From the NCBI RefSeq assembly GCF_006345805.1, contig NC_043005.1, positions 104,718,001-104,782,000 on the forward strand: a DNA stretch of 64,000 nt, given 5' to 3'. The stretch is from Octopus sinensis (Eukaryota). The translations under genes and the position numbers were made by a program. A model generated the notes under the pieces. That model saw only the letters and a program-made list of their open reading frames with translations. It was not told where the DNA came from and searched no databases. Positions 1 through 13,414 of the stretch are shown here, piece by piece; the first letter of the stretch is position 1; each line of letters opens with the position of its first letter.

Positions 1-169
1 GCGATCCCTGCTCTACTCTTTCGCCGCAACTTTCTCTCACTCTTTCTTATGTTGCCCTGCTCGCTTAGCCAGCGGGGTGGTGTCATTTGAAGGCAAAAAC
101 AATGCGAAGCGCATTGTGACCAGCGATGTGCAACAACATCTGATAGCCTGGTCGGTTACGGTCACGATG

Positions 170-170
<1 letters not shown>

Positions 171-216
<46 letters not shown>
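171..216. repeat. (CTA)n microsatellite
   Basis: Direct triplet run; explains the poly-V ORF 37..231. Confidence 0.95.
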
Positions 217-219
<3 letters not shown>

Positions 220-679
220 ATCATTCGACATGCCCTATAGTAGAGAATGATGTTTGGGGGATAACGTTGCCATTTCCAGGAGATCGGATGACGTCGAATA
301 ACGTAGGGAGGTCTTTGTTGGATTTGATGTTTCTCTATGGAAGTGGCCGAGAAAGTATAAAATTGGAAAAAAAATTAGACATTTTTATATTTCAAGCGTT
401 TAAATATCAATTGATTTAATTTTCATCTCTGCGAGTTCGATAGAATCAGCTATATACATAATCTGGAGACGATTCGATGCTCCTCACACTTCTCTCCAAC
501 ATTTCTCACTTCTACCAATGTGAAAATAATCGATATGTAAAACGAAAAAATTCGAGATATAAGAACTGATCAATCTGCTATTGTATTTTAGAAGTCCTAG
601 TAAAATCATGAATTACAATGTAGTATTACTGAAACTATTTTACGAAGTCCGAGTAACAATTTTCTAATTTTGAGACAAA

Positions 680-811
680 CTCAGTAATTTGAGTTGGGTG
701 GTCTAACCCGAAAAGATGGAAAGCATAGGTGACCTCGTGTGGATTTGAACTCAGAGCATAAAGAATTCGATGAAACGTCACAAGGAATTTTGTCTGATGC
801 GCTACCATTCC
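680..811 (-). mobile_element. Old degenerate tRNA-derived SINE, interrupted by the dimer at 812-1197; head remnant at 1213-1221
   Basis: Similar to the clean copy at 35380-35613 (GAAAAGATGGAAAGCATAGGTGACCTCGTGTGGATTTGAACTCAG = B-box region, reverse strand). Confidence 0.7.
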
Positions 812-1197
812 TATTTCTTTATTGCTCACAAGGGGCTACACACAGAGGGGACGAACAAAGACAGACAAAGGTATTAGGTCGATTATATCGACCCCAGTGC
901 GTAACAGGTACTCAATTTATCGACCCCGAAAAGATGAAAGGCAAAGTCAACCTCGGCGTAATTTGAACCCAGAACGTAACAGCAGACGAAATACCTATTT
1001 CATTATTACCCACAAGGGGCTAAACATAGAGGGGACAAACAAGGACAGACATAGGTATTAAGTCGATTACATCGACCCCAGTGAATAACAGGTACTCAAT
1101 TTATCGACCCCAAAAGGATGAAAGGCAAAGTCAACCTCGGCGTAATTTGAACCCAGAACGTAACAGCAGACGAAATACCGCTAAGCATTTCGCCTTA
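812..1197 (-). mobile_element. Head-to-tail dimer of a tRNA-SINE (~185-bp units) with 15-bp TSD
   Basis: Two near-identical units; ATGCGCTACCATTCC at 797-811 and 1198-1212. Confidence 0.85.
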
Positions 1198-1524
1198 ATG
1201 CGCTACCATTCCTACCAGCTCTCAAGCGTGAGAACTCCATCTCATTGTAACAAGCTTATTTCAATAAATATGTTTTTGTAGAGTAACAAGCATGTAGACC
1301 CACACCCCTCTTACTTCCTTCTTCACTCCACCACCACTACCACCATCACCATTCTTATTGAGACATATATAACCCATTCTGTTATTGTTACCGTTTTAAA
1401 CCATATTCTTTCCCAATGATCCCAAGCAATCCAACTGTGACCAGTCTGTCTTTCTGGACGATTACGCAGGTCTACATTGTCATATGCTCCTTCCTTTTCT
1501 TCAAAATCTATCTTTTGGGCTTCA

Positions 1525-1726
1525 TCTTTTACTTGTTTCTGTCATTAGACTGCGGCCATACTGGGGCACTGCCTTGAAGAATTTTAGTCGAACGAATCGA
1601 CGCCCAGTATATCTTTTTCTTTGAAAAACATGGTACTTATTCTTTCAGTTTTTTTGTCAAACCGCTAAGTCTCATGGACGTAAACACACCAACACTGGTT
1701 GTGAAGCAACAGGCACACTCTCATAT

Positions 1727-1759
<33 letters not shown>

Positions 1760-1915
1760 TGACGTGTTTGTTTCAACTTTCGTCTACCAAATCCACACAC
1801 AAGACTTTGGTCGTCCCGAGGCTACAGTAGAAGACACTTGCCCAAGGTGCCACGCAGTGGGGCTGAATCCACAACCACGTGTTTGAAAAGTAAGCTTCTT
1901 ACCACACAGCCACAC
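1525..1915 (-). mobile_element. Full-length tRNA/CORE-like SINE with internal (CA)n and CR1-like 3' tail
   Basis: Reverse strand: head GTGGCTGTGTGGTAAG, CORE-like GGCACCTTGGGCAAGTGTCTT, microsatellite, then tail ending CCAGTATGGCCGCAGTC...AAACAAGTAAAAGA; homologous pieces at 32548-32945 and 49631-49788. Confidence 0.8.
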
Positions 1916-2444
1916 AAACTTTTTAAGTCTATCCAAATCTTGTACTTACCATTTCCCTTCCTCTTTCGCCTTTAACTTTGTCTCCTACTATCAGTCTCTG
2001 TAATCCTTCTTTTAATACGGAAAATAAGTTAGTTTTCTATCATTGATGGGGCCTAAATTTTTAGTTTTTTGTTTTCCCATTCTTAAGTACTTATAGCGTT
2101 TGTGTTCTCTCTGTGAAATCTTCAGACTCCTCTAATAAGTCTTGGTCTTAAAACTTGTAATCAATTTGGTAATATTTTTGTTAATGCCCGTGTTTCAGTT
2201 TCAAATATTAAATAAGGGCCAAACGTAACGTTTTAATAATTTTTACTGGCTTTGATAATGATGTGTTTTGATCGTAATGTTTGTTATTTCTTCGAATGTT
2301 TTTACATATGCATACATACATCCATACATTCCTACAAAGATGCATATATACATAATATATGCATACTTACAACACATATAATACACTGCTGCTATACTCA
2401 GTATGATGTAGATACATACATGCTTCTATATCAATATGTGTCTG

Positions 2445-2447
<3 letters not shown>

Positions 2448-2513
<66 letters not shown>

Positions 2514-2582
2514 ATATATAATACATATATAATATATACTATATATATATATATATAATAGATATATATATATATATATATG
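2448..2582. repeat. (TA)n microsatellite
   Basis: Direct. Confidence 0.95.
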
Positions 2583-3344
2583 TGATGTATGTATGTATTT
2601 TATTTCTGTGTTTATACATTTTTGGTTATTGAAAAAATTTTGTTCTTATATACACTAAATATTTCCATATACATTCACACATATGCATGCACTCGCGCGC
2701 ACACAACACACACATATATACATGCACACACACACATACTCTCACTGACAATACAATCGCACGTACACATACACGCCCTACATATCGATATTTTTATTCA
2801 AAAGTTCTCTAGTTTTAAACAAATTCTTTAACTACTCACGCAATGTTATAGATTATAATTGCAAAGGAGTAGAAACCATTGTAGCAGTGATAAACTCGAG
2901 AATAAAAGTAGAACTAATGGATGATGAGGAAACTGATATGTAAATGATAATCACTTTCACATGCATGTATCTAGCTACGCATAGGAATACCTGCATGTAA
3001 ATGTATACAGCATAAAGGTATTTCATACAAGTATGGTCGGTGTGTGCATTGAAATATGTAAACAGGGAGAAACTTGTAGGGGACTGTAATATTAGAGAAG
3101 AATAACTGGGGTTTAGATATTATGAAAACAAAATTAGAGAAAGGTCATCGGAAAGATTTCGGCAATAGGGAACACTGTTTACTGGTTCAGAGACACAACA
3201 GTCTTGCAGATGTTGTTGCTGTTGCTCTTGAAACCAGATTACCCCTGATGTGTTTTGAACAGTGATCGAGAACATTAGACACACGCCTATGCCATTCCTT
3301 TTAATAATAAATACAAGACTACATACAAGATCTAATGCGTCGTC

Positions 3345-3444
3345 NNNNNNNNNNNNNNNNNNNNNNNNNNNNNNNNNNNNNNNNNNNNNNNNNNNNNNNN
3401 NNNNNNNNNNNNNNNNNNNNNNNNNNNNNNNNNNNNNNNNNNNN
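3345..3444. other. Assembly gap (100 N)
   Basis: Run of 100 N. Confidence 1.
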
Positions 3445-4440
3445 GTTCGTATTTGTATGTATGTATGTATGTATGAATGCATGTATGCATGTAATCATGC
3501 ATACAAGCGTGTATGTTATGTATGAATGTATGCATATATTACTGTATAAATGTATGTATGCTGAATGTATGTATGTATGTATATTCATAAAATATACAAA
3601 TATGAACAAGGGAATACGCCATTAAGATGCTTACATATACATACACAAACACACACACTCGTGCAGAAATATATACATACATGCATGCATACACAGACGC
3701 ATACATGGATATATTATATATATATATATATATTATATATATATATATATATACATGCGTACATGTGTATGTGTGTGTGTGTGTATTTGATATATGCATA
3801 TGTATGTACGCATAAATGTACATGCACGAAGTTAAAGGCAAGCATGTACAACCATGTGCACGTGCATATATGTATGCACGCACATATTCACGTGTGCGTA
3901 TATCTGTATGTCTAGGTGCGTTTGCGTGTGCGCGTGTGTGAGTCTGGGTGTGTGACACTCGAGTACAGGCATACACATTTAATATGTGTAAATTTATATG
4001 TATATCAAGATTCACTGAGCGCATCAGCAACGTTTATTGTTGCATACGCATACACGCGCGCGCGAGCAGACGTACAAACGAGAAAAACGTAAATATATAA
4101 ATGATGGAATATGTTTAGAAGTTAAAATCAACATGACAACCGTAACAGCATCATCATCATCATCATCATCCTCGTCACCCACAACATCACCACTAGCATC
4201 ATCATCATCATCAACATTACCTTTTTTTATCATCATTATCATCATGGATCTCATTGTGACCACCACGAAGATTATTACGATCAACCACAGCAAGAACAGG
4301 GGTAATGATGTGAATAATAGGGAGAGCAGAATGGGGAGATAAAGGAGAGAAGCTGCAGTTAGGGTGCTGCTTTCTCCATTTGAATGAGTATGTGTTTGTG
4401 TGCACATGAATATACATACATACATACATACATACATACA

Positions 4441-4491
<51 letters not shown>

Positions 4492-4623
4492 GCATATGTG
4501 GGCACAGGATGTATTCATATATATTTATATGAATATATGTGTATATACATATATATATATATATAGATATATATATATAAATATATATTCTATATATACA
4601 TGTAATATAGATATATATATATC

Positions 4624-4675
<52 letters not shown>

Positions 4676-4758
4676 TATAAATATATGCATGCGTGGATGT
4701 ATATGCATATATATATATATATATTAATAGCATTCTGGATGTATATGCAATATATATA

Positions 4759-4813
<55 letters not shown>

Positions 4814-5060
4814 CATGCGTGGATGTATATGCATATATATATATGCACATGTGGGCAACAGGATGTATTCATATATATGTATATAAAATATATATACATA
4901 TCTATATTACAAGTGTTGATGTATAAATATATACATATATATGCATTTGTATATACATACATATATAATTATTTATATATGCATATATGTGTGTGTCTAT
5001 GTGTGTGTATGTGTGTGGGATATATATACTTGCGTCTGTATATAGGTGTTTACATATTGC
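3445..5060. repeat. Compound TA/CA/CATA low-complexity tract
   Basis: Direct; contains recurring units such as GCATGCGTGGATGTATATGC and GTGGGCACAGGATGTATTC. Confidence 0.9.
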
Positions 5061-5321
5061 ATACATGTATATGTTTATAATCTGATTACGTGTTTTCCCC
5101 CTGCATGTCGGTGCTTATGACTGCGCGCGCCTGTGTATGCGCGCGCCTGTGTATGCTGATCTGTATGCATTGCCATCTCTTTTCTGTAGACACGTGATAA
5201 ACAGTTGTTTACTTTAGAGAGAAAGAAAGGAAGGAAGGAAGGAAGGAAGGACAAGGGAAAACTTCAACACAGAAAGAGAAATTAGGAAGGGGACTAGGAC
5301 GAAAGAAGAAAAAAGAATAAA

Positions 5322-5322
5322 C

Positions 5323-5359
<37 letters not shown>

Positions 5360-5370
5360 CAGAAGTAGTA

Positions 5371-5430
<60 letters not shown>

Positions 5431-5570
5431 AAGTAGTAGTAGTAGTAGACGAAAAAGAAGTAGAAGTAGAAGAAGATGAAGAAGAAGAATGAGAAGAAGA
5501 AGAAGAAGAAGAAGAAGAAGAAGAAGAAGAAGAAGAAGCAGAAGAAGAAGAATGAGAAGAAGAAGAAGTG
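5322..5570. repeat. (TAG)n followed by (GAA)n
   Basis: Direct. Confidence 0.95.
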
Positions 5571-5679
5571 AGGGAGATGATTTGATGTTCACAGAGGTAC
5601 ACAGTTGATTAGTGTTTGTTTCTTCTTAATGAATTAACGTCTTTAATTAGGCAACAGCACTTCCCTAACTCTATCACAC

Positions 5680-6668
5680 GCACCTCCCAGTTTCCCTGCC
5701 CCTCACTTCCCCAGCTCACCTATTTCTCTCTCTCTCTCTCTCTCTGTTCCTCACCAACCCCCTCTCTGCCCCTTCCTGTATAATTAGTCCTTTTATCATC
5801 TTTCACCCCTCATCACACCACTGTCTATCGCACACTCACTCTGCTGTTCCTATTCTCAACGTCTTCTCTCTCTCTCTCTTTTTGGTCTGTCCCCCCATTG
5901 GTTTTTCTCCTTTCTCACCTTGTTTTTACTTCTCTCCTGTTTCTCCCTCTCGCTCTCTTTCATTCACTCATCTCTCCTTTTCTCCAATCATTCTCTGTCT
6001 CGGGGTTTTCTCTTCCTTTCAGTGGTTCTCTCATCCATTTCCTCACTTTTATTCCTTTCACTCTTTTCGCTCCTTCCCTCTTTTCTAGTAGAGCCTTCAA
6101 GTAAACACACACACACACACACACACACACAAATACACACACTCACACATACATACATATACGTACATACAAATACATAAACAAACGCATGCTACCATTC
6201 TCTCTATCTCTCTTCCTTTCTAATATCTCACTGACACTCCTCTCTCTCTCTCTCTTTTTGCCGTTTCCTCACTCACTCTAATTCCTTCTCCGTCATACAC
6301 ACACAGACTCCTCCTCTTCATCCCTCCCTCACTATCATTCATTCACATTCATTATCACTGTTTCACATACATTCTTTTTCATCCTCTTCTCTTTATTTCT
6401 CATATTCTCTGTCCGTACTTTTTTAAAAGAACTCTACTCTCTCACTTTTTCTGCAGCCATATTTATTTCCCCTCTCACGCTTTTCCTCATCCTTTTTCTC
6501 TCCTTCTACTTCTACTTTCTCCTCTCTCTCTCTCTCTCGATTTTTCTCTCTCTCTCTAGATCCCCCCGCCCCATTGATTCTCTTTCCCATTGATTCTCTT
6601 TCTGTTCTTTCACCCTTATAATTCTTTCCTTTCTCTTGTCCGGCCTTCCATATTCTTCCGTACTTCCT

Positions 6669-6732
<64 letters not shown>

Positions 6733-6790
6733 ATCTTCTTCTTCTTCTTCTTCTTCTTTTCTTCTTCTTCTTCTCCTTCTCCTTCTTAAC
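5680..6790. repeat. Pyrimidine-rich (CT)n tract with (CA)n, (CTA)n and (CTT)n
   Basis: Direct strand-asymmetric composition. Confidence 0.85.
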
Positions 6791-7050
6791 CTAGTCTTAG
6801 TCTTTTCTTTTCCTGGTTGCCTTACACCCTGGCTAAAGGCACCATGTGTACTACATATGGTGCAGCGAGCTAATAATCTGTATAATCAAGTATTCGTCTA
6901 AAATTTTACTATAGAGTTGAATATTTCCTGCTTCATCCAAGACTACAAACTTCATGATGAACATCAAGCCTGCAGTGTCTGCAGCTTTACAATCACCTGC
7001 ATTAACAATAGAAGCAGCAACATCAACACGAATCACCGGTAGATTTTGAA

Positions 7051-7258
7051 CCCTTTAGCCATTTATCTAACCATATCCAGACTAAATATTGTGCACGATT
7101 TATGTTCAAATCGGCCAGATCCGGTCTCTCATACCTACTCTGCAATGTCATTCTAAAAATAAGCAATACCATCATCGAAATCTCGAAGCTACATCATAAT
7201 GCATGATTAATTCAAAACAATGTAAATGAAGAAGCATTAGAATTTGAACATTAAAAGG
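7051..7258. mobile_element. piggyBac-like MITE (degenerate)
   Basis: Begins CCCTTTAGC after TGAA and ends CATTAAAAGG before TTAG: imperfect TIRs and TTAA-like flanks. Confidence 0.5.
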
Positions 7259-7332
7259 TTAGGGTGGTCAACCGATCTTGTGGAAAAAGCATTGATATTG
7301 TCCTCCGTGTCTTCCGGTCATGTCACCGATAA

Positions 7333-7334
7333 GT

Positions 7335-7387
<53 letters not shown>

Positions 7388-7437
7388 TAATAATAATAAT
7401 GATGATGATGATGATAATAATAATAATAATAATAATA

Positions 7438-7470
<33 letters not shown>

Positions 7471-7548
7471 TGATGATGATGATGATAATAATAATAATAA
7501 TAATAATAATCATAATAATAATAATAAAATGATGATGATGATGATGAC

Positions 7549-7587
<39 letters not shown>

Positions 7588-7662
7588 TGATGATGATGAT
7601 GATGATAATAATAATAATAATAATAATAATATAATAATAATAATGATGATAATGATGATGAC

Positions 7663-7701
<39 letters not shown>

Positions 7702-7962
7702 TAATAATAATAATAATAATGATGATGATGATGATGATAATAATAATAATAATAATAATAATAATATAATAATAATAATAATAATAATGATGATGATGAT
7801 GATGACAATAATAATAATATAATAATAATAATAATAATAATAATTAATAATAATAATAATAATAATGATGATGATGATGATGATAATAATAATAATAATA
7901 ATATAATAATAATAATAATGATGATAATGATGATGACAATAATAATAATAATAATAATAATA

Positions 7963-8004
<42 letters not shown>

Positions 8005-8018
8005 TGATGATGATAATA

Positions 8019-8057
<39 letters not shown>

Positions 8058-8067
8058 TGATGATGAC

Positions 8068-8102
<35 letters not shown>

Positions 8103-8137
8103 TAATAATAATAATGATGATAATAATAATAATAATG

Positions 8138-8174
<37 letters not shown>

Positions 8175-8239
8175 TGATGATGATAATAATGATAATAATA
8201 ATAATAAAGATCATAATAATGATAATATTAATAATAATG

Positions 8240-8297
<58 letters not shown>

Positions 8298-8366
8298 TAA
8301 TAATAATAAAGATCATAATAATGATAATATTAATAATAATGATAATAATAATAATAATAATAATAA
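7333..8366. repeat. (AAT)n/(GAT)n compound array
   Basis: Direct; source of the poly-I/N/L ORFs. Confidence 0.95.
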
Positions 8367-8920
8367 ATGCCCTGATGCAGTACCAGGCAGTGGCTCTCAT
8401 GGCTTCTGATCTTAACTGATTGGAAGTGTTATCATGTACATTGTTTTGTCTTGGTATAAAAGATGGGCTACAGCAAATATTCTGCTCAATACCACAGATT
8501 TGCTTGTCAGTTGCTTGACCTTAACCAGTTGAGCATGTCCCTTAGTGGCTGACGGTATGTGCATCTCTGATCACGAGCAGAAGTAGTGGGGGAGCATCAT
8601 AGCCATGTGTTGAGAGGGATTCTTTGGGGTTTAAAAAATTAACCTCTGGAAACATGGGTGGTTTTCAACATCCTTAAACAACCCTTATTCAGGGACCGTT
8701 TGAGCGGGATGGGCTACTCAACCTGAAGGAAATTCTAACTGGGCTCCACCTGCAAGGTCATGTGCTGTTTATCTTGATATGAGATCACCATGTCGCGCAC
8801 ATATGGTTGTGATGCATGTGCCTGGTGTACCCTTATCAGACAGGTAGTCATGATGGGTATATTGGGCTTCGTATATTTTACCCCAGTGTCACTTTGATGG
8901 CATGAACTGCTCTCTCACTC
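8367..8920 (+). mobile_element. ~555-bp AAT-embedded retro-element, copy 1
   Basis: Starts ATGCCCTGATGCAGTACCAGGC, ends CTGCTCTCTCACTC then (AAT)n; homologous copies at 10036-10590, 40491-40649 and 50832-51342. Confidence 0.85.
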
Positions 8921-9005
8921 AATAATAATAATAATAATAATAATAATGATAATAATGATAATAATAATAATAAAGATCATAATAATGATAATATTAATAA
9001 TAATG

Positions 9006-9042
<37 letters not shown>

Positions 9043-9097
9043 TAATAATGATAATAATAATAAAAAGATCATAATAATGATAATATTAATAATAATG

Positions 9098-9128
<31 letters not shown>

Positions 9129-9195
9129 TAATAATGATAATAATAATAATAAAGATCATAATAATGATAATATTAATAATAATGATAATAATAAT

Positions 9196-9242
<47 letters not shown>

Positions 9243-9350
9243 TGATAATAATGATAATAATAATAATAATGATAATAATAATAATATTAATAATAATAAT
9301 AATAAATAATAATGATAATAATAATAATAATAATATTAATAATAATAATG

Positions 9351-9406
<56 letters not shown>

Positions 9407-9572
9407 CATGATGATAATAATGATAACAATAATAATAAAGATCATAATAATGATAATATTAATAATAATGATAATAGCAATAAATAATGATAATAATAAT
9501 AATAATAATATTAATAATAATAATGATAATAATAATAATAATAATAATAATTATAATAATAATAATAATAAT

Positions 9573-9613
<41 letters not shown>
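8921..9613. repeat. (AAT)n array with AAAGATCATAATAATGATAATATT variant units
   Basis: Direct. Confidence 0.95.
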
Positions 9614-9614
<1 letters not shown>

Positions 9615-9751
9615 CAGAAACATCGTCGTCGTCGCCGTCGTCATTCTCCTCCTCCTCATCATCATCTTCATCATCACCGTCGTCATCATCATCATCATAA
9701 TCATCATCGTCGTCGTTGTCGTTGTTGTTGTTGTTGTTATTATTATTATTA

Positions 9752-9785
<34 letters not shown>

Positions 9786-9796
9786 TTATTATTCGA

Positions 9797-9940
9797 TCTG
9801 AGATCAAATACCCACGAAGTCTATTTTGCTTTTCCTCATTTTGGGGTTGATAAAAGAAAGAACCTTTTAAGCACTTGTTCAATGTAATCGACCGGTTTCC
9901 TACCCTTAAAATTACTGGCTTTGTACCTATTGATGAAAAG

Positions 9941-9945
<5 letters not shown>
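9797..9945 (+). mobile_element. Degenerate 5'-truncated tRNA-SINE with (ATT)n tail
   Basis: Aligns by eye to the SINE body (TCTGAGATCAAAT...TTGGGGTTGATAAAA...TGTAATCGAC...GGCTTTGTACCTAT). Confidence 0.55.
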
Positions 9946-10013
<68 letters not shown>

Positions 10014-10035
10014 TTTTATTGTTGTTGTTGTTGTT

Positions 10036-10590
10036 GAGTGAGAGAGCAATGCATGCCATCAAAATGACACAGGGGAGAAATATACGAAGCCCAGTATACA
10101 CATCATGACTACCCGTCTGATAAGGGTACACCAGGCACATGCATCACAACCATATGTGCCCGGCATGGTGATCTCATATCGAGATAAACAGCGCACGACC
10201 TTGCAGGTGGGGCCCAGTTAGAATTTTCTTCTGGTCGAGTAACCCATCCCGCTCAAAAGGTCCCTGAATAAGGGTTGTTTAAGGATGTTGAACAAAACAC
10301 CCATGTTTCCAGAGGTGAATTATTCAAACGTTAAAGAATCCCTCTCAACACATGGTTATGATGCTCCCCCACTACTTCTGCTCGTGGTCAGAGATGCACA
10401 TATCGTCAGCCACTAAGGGACATGCTCAACTGGTTAAGGTCAAACAACTGACAAGCAAATCTGTGGTATTGAGCAGAATATTTGCTATAGTCTATCTTTT
10501 ATACCAAGACAAAACAATGTAGATGATAACACCTCCAATCAGTTAAGATCAGAAACCATGAGAACCACTGCCTGGTACTGCATCAGGGCA
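10036..10590 (-). mobile_element. ~555-bp AAT-embedded retro-element, copy 2
   Basis: Reverse-complement homologue of 8367-8920 with the same two ends; flanked by (ATT)n. Confidence 0.85.
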
Positions 10591-10601
10591 ATTGTTATTA
10601 A

Positions 10602-10661
<60 letters not shown>

Positions 10662-10690
10662 CATCATCATCATTATCATCATCATCATCG

Positions 10691-10768
<78 letters not shown>

Positions 10769-10780
10769 ACGTCGTCGTCG

Positions 10781-10823
<43 letters not shown>

Positions 10824-10833
10824 TATCATCATC

Positions 10834-10867
<34 letters not shown>

Positions 10868-10885
10868 TCATCATCACCATCATTA
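10591..10885. repeat. (ATT)n/(CAT)n array
   Basis: Direct. Confidence 0.95.
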
Positions 10886-12870
10886 TAAGAGTTTATTAGT
10901 TAAATACACATTTGTTTGCTCACATTTTAAAAAGAAAATAATGAGGATAAATACCATTGGATTATATGCTCGGCTTAAAGGAAGTTTTCGCGTGGATTAA
11001 GTTGATACAGAGTTTGAACATTATTTTTATTTCTTGTACTTTTCACATTTGAGAAAAATCACTCTAATTCTGCGAAGAAACCTTTTTTTTTCCCGCTGGC
11101 AGGCATTTAATGCATAGGATATGCCCTTAAATTTTCAACAGGAAAGAAAAAAAAAACGAATCGAAAAACATATAAACACGATAACACAGGCATTGCACTT
11201 AAAAAAAAATACAAAAGAAATAATGAAATTTTCGCAGGAAGATACATCTTTAAATACAAATTTTCGAATCATAATAAGTAAAATCAGTATTAGTCAAAAT
11301 TCTAACGGAAAAGACCCCAACAAATAGATTATTTGTTTTGCTAGCAATAAAGGGGTTTAGAATACGAATAAATGAACGAAGCAAAAAAAGGACGATGTGG
11401 AACAAATAAGGGAGCAAAACAAATGCTTTCTTTCCTGATTCTTTTATTTGGGAGCGCGAAAGGAAGTAGGTCACTGAACTTTGCTTCGCGGGAGGGAGCA
11501 GACTTTCAATTGTTCTTTAAAAAAATCTACAAATCCTAGCTGTTGAGTGGAATGATGGGGTTTCCACTGCCTGAAGCACAACATAAGAGAGTGCCTGCTT
11601 GATTTTCAAGACCGAGATTGTGACGAGGCGACACGCTATACATACACACATACATACATACATACATACATACATACATACATACATACATACATACATA
11701 CGTACATACATACATACATACGTACGTATACATATATACATACATACACATGCACACGCATATATTATCATAATACAAGATTCACGATTATAGAATTTTT
11801 CTAGGATTTGGCAATAGCGTTGACTTTTTCTGGTTGTGACAATTATGTAACAATGTGGGTCACGCATGTCAAATACGGAATAACGATGTATGGTCGGCAA
11901 GGATGTGTATGATCATAAATGTGCTAACGGCACCCGAACTTTATAAAGCTTTTGTGGAGTTGTGCCAGTTGTGGAGAGTGGAAGGAAAGGCCATAAGTAT
12001 AGGACGTGCGAAGCGGAACGCTTAACTACTACTTGTGAAGCAGTAAGGGCCATGTGATGGATTCATGTCCTGAGGAAGTAGTGAAACGGTGAAGGACCTA
12101 GAACGGAGGACAACAAAAGATCTAACAACAGCAACATGTCGCAGAAGCAGTGTTGCTCGTGCACCGACACTCGCATCACTGCTTGCAGATCCAAGAATGG
12201 CCAAAGGACTAATCTCAGCGTCCGAGATATCAACGACCAAAAAGTTGTGATCCCTTTTCGTTTAGTGTCCCCTTGTGACAATGGGGAAGAAATTGGGATA
12301 AGAGAAGAGTGAGAAACTGTTGGGGATAGACGAAAAGTATGAAAGTTAAAAGAATTAGGGGAGAAACAAACCTCATGAATTTCCAAGATCTCCTGTTTAC
12401 CTTCAGATCTTAAAGAGTTCGTGAGTTCCTTGTTAGCTATGATAGCCCACCTTTTGTCTTGCAGCCCCAGAACTTAACTCTGTTAGAGAAGCAGCATTAA
12501 CAGTGGCAGCTGCAGCAGTTATACTAATTAGTAGTTAATACAGGTGGTGGCAAGAATCGTTGCAGTCACTTAAGTGATGGTAGTGGTGGTGATGCCCTTG
12601 TGACATCCAAACACAAATGAAAGCATTGGAATACTCACAACAGGCAACAACTTCCAGAAAAACAACTTTAAAACTCGTAACGTAGTTACGTTACCGAATC
12701 TAGGGCTTCGGTCACAACATATTTGAGAGGCTGAGATGAATGCTCTGTGGAAGACAGTGTAAATTTGTCATGGACCATAGACAAAGGTGAGATACGTTGG
12801 AAGGATCAAAACGTTACTCTAATTTGCATAGAAAATATAGCTCTTCGAAAAGTGACCATCTCTCTGACAA

Positions 12871-13188
12871 TGTTGTTAAAGTAAAGACACTCTTCGGTCA
12901 TGAACGACCATATGATTGCTCCTAGAAAGTTGCCCTCCGAAGCACAAATCCGGACAAGGTTGTTTATGGAAAACCAGCAGTCGCCCATGCATTCCATCCT
13001 ATCCTCTCCAATTCACCGGTGTTATCCAAGGGAAAGGCAAAAGCCGATACAGCTTCACACCAGTGACGTCACAACACAACATTGTAAAATAAAGTGTCTT
13101 GCTCAAGAACACAACACACAGCCCAGTCCAGGAATCGAACTGACTACCTCATGATTGTGAACCCGATGCTCTAATCACTGAGCTATTC
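12871..13188 (-). mobile_element. tRNA-derived CORE-like SINE (third family)
   Basis: Reverse strand: A box TAGCTCAGTGA, B box AGTTCGATTCC, then CORE-like GTTGTGTTCTTGAGCAAGACACTTTA. Confidence 0.75.
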
Positions 13189-13204
13189 GCATCCATAAAA
13201 TATT

Positions 13205-13414
13205 ATTTTCCACTCTAGACACAAGGACCGAAACTTTTAGGGAGGGGGCTAGTAGATTAGATCGATCCCAGTATGCAAATGGCACTTAATTTATCGAACC
13301 CGAAAGGGTGAAAGGCAAAGCTTACCTCAGTGGAATTTGAACTCAGAACGTAAAGACGAAATACCGCTAAGCATTTCGCCCGGTGTGCTAATGTTTCTGC
13401 CTACTCGCCACCTT
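13205..13414 (-). mobile_element. tRNA-SINE with 16-bp TSD
   Basis: GCATCCATAAAATATT at 13189-13204 and 13415-13430; body matches 35380-35613 with a different tail. Confidence 0.9.

Noticed and set aside
1-600. Probable interspersed-repeat fragments at the window start
   Set aside because: They seem familiar, but there is no second copy, TIR pair or TSD in the window to support a call.
3120-3344. Open frame beside the gap (DDALDLVCS...QQQQHLQDCC)
   Set aside because: No recognisable domain or splice evidence; truncated by Ns.
6851-7036. 61-aa ORF MIRVDVAASIV...
   Set aside because: Short, no motif; may be a retroelement 3' remnant next to a (GAA)n tail.
8367-8440. HDV-like ribozyme at the 5' end of the AAT element
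   Set aside because: I could not build the nested double pseudoknot by hand; needs a descriptor search.
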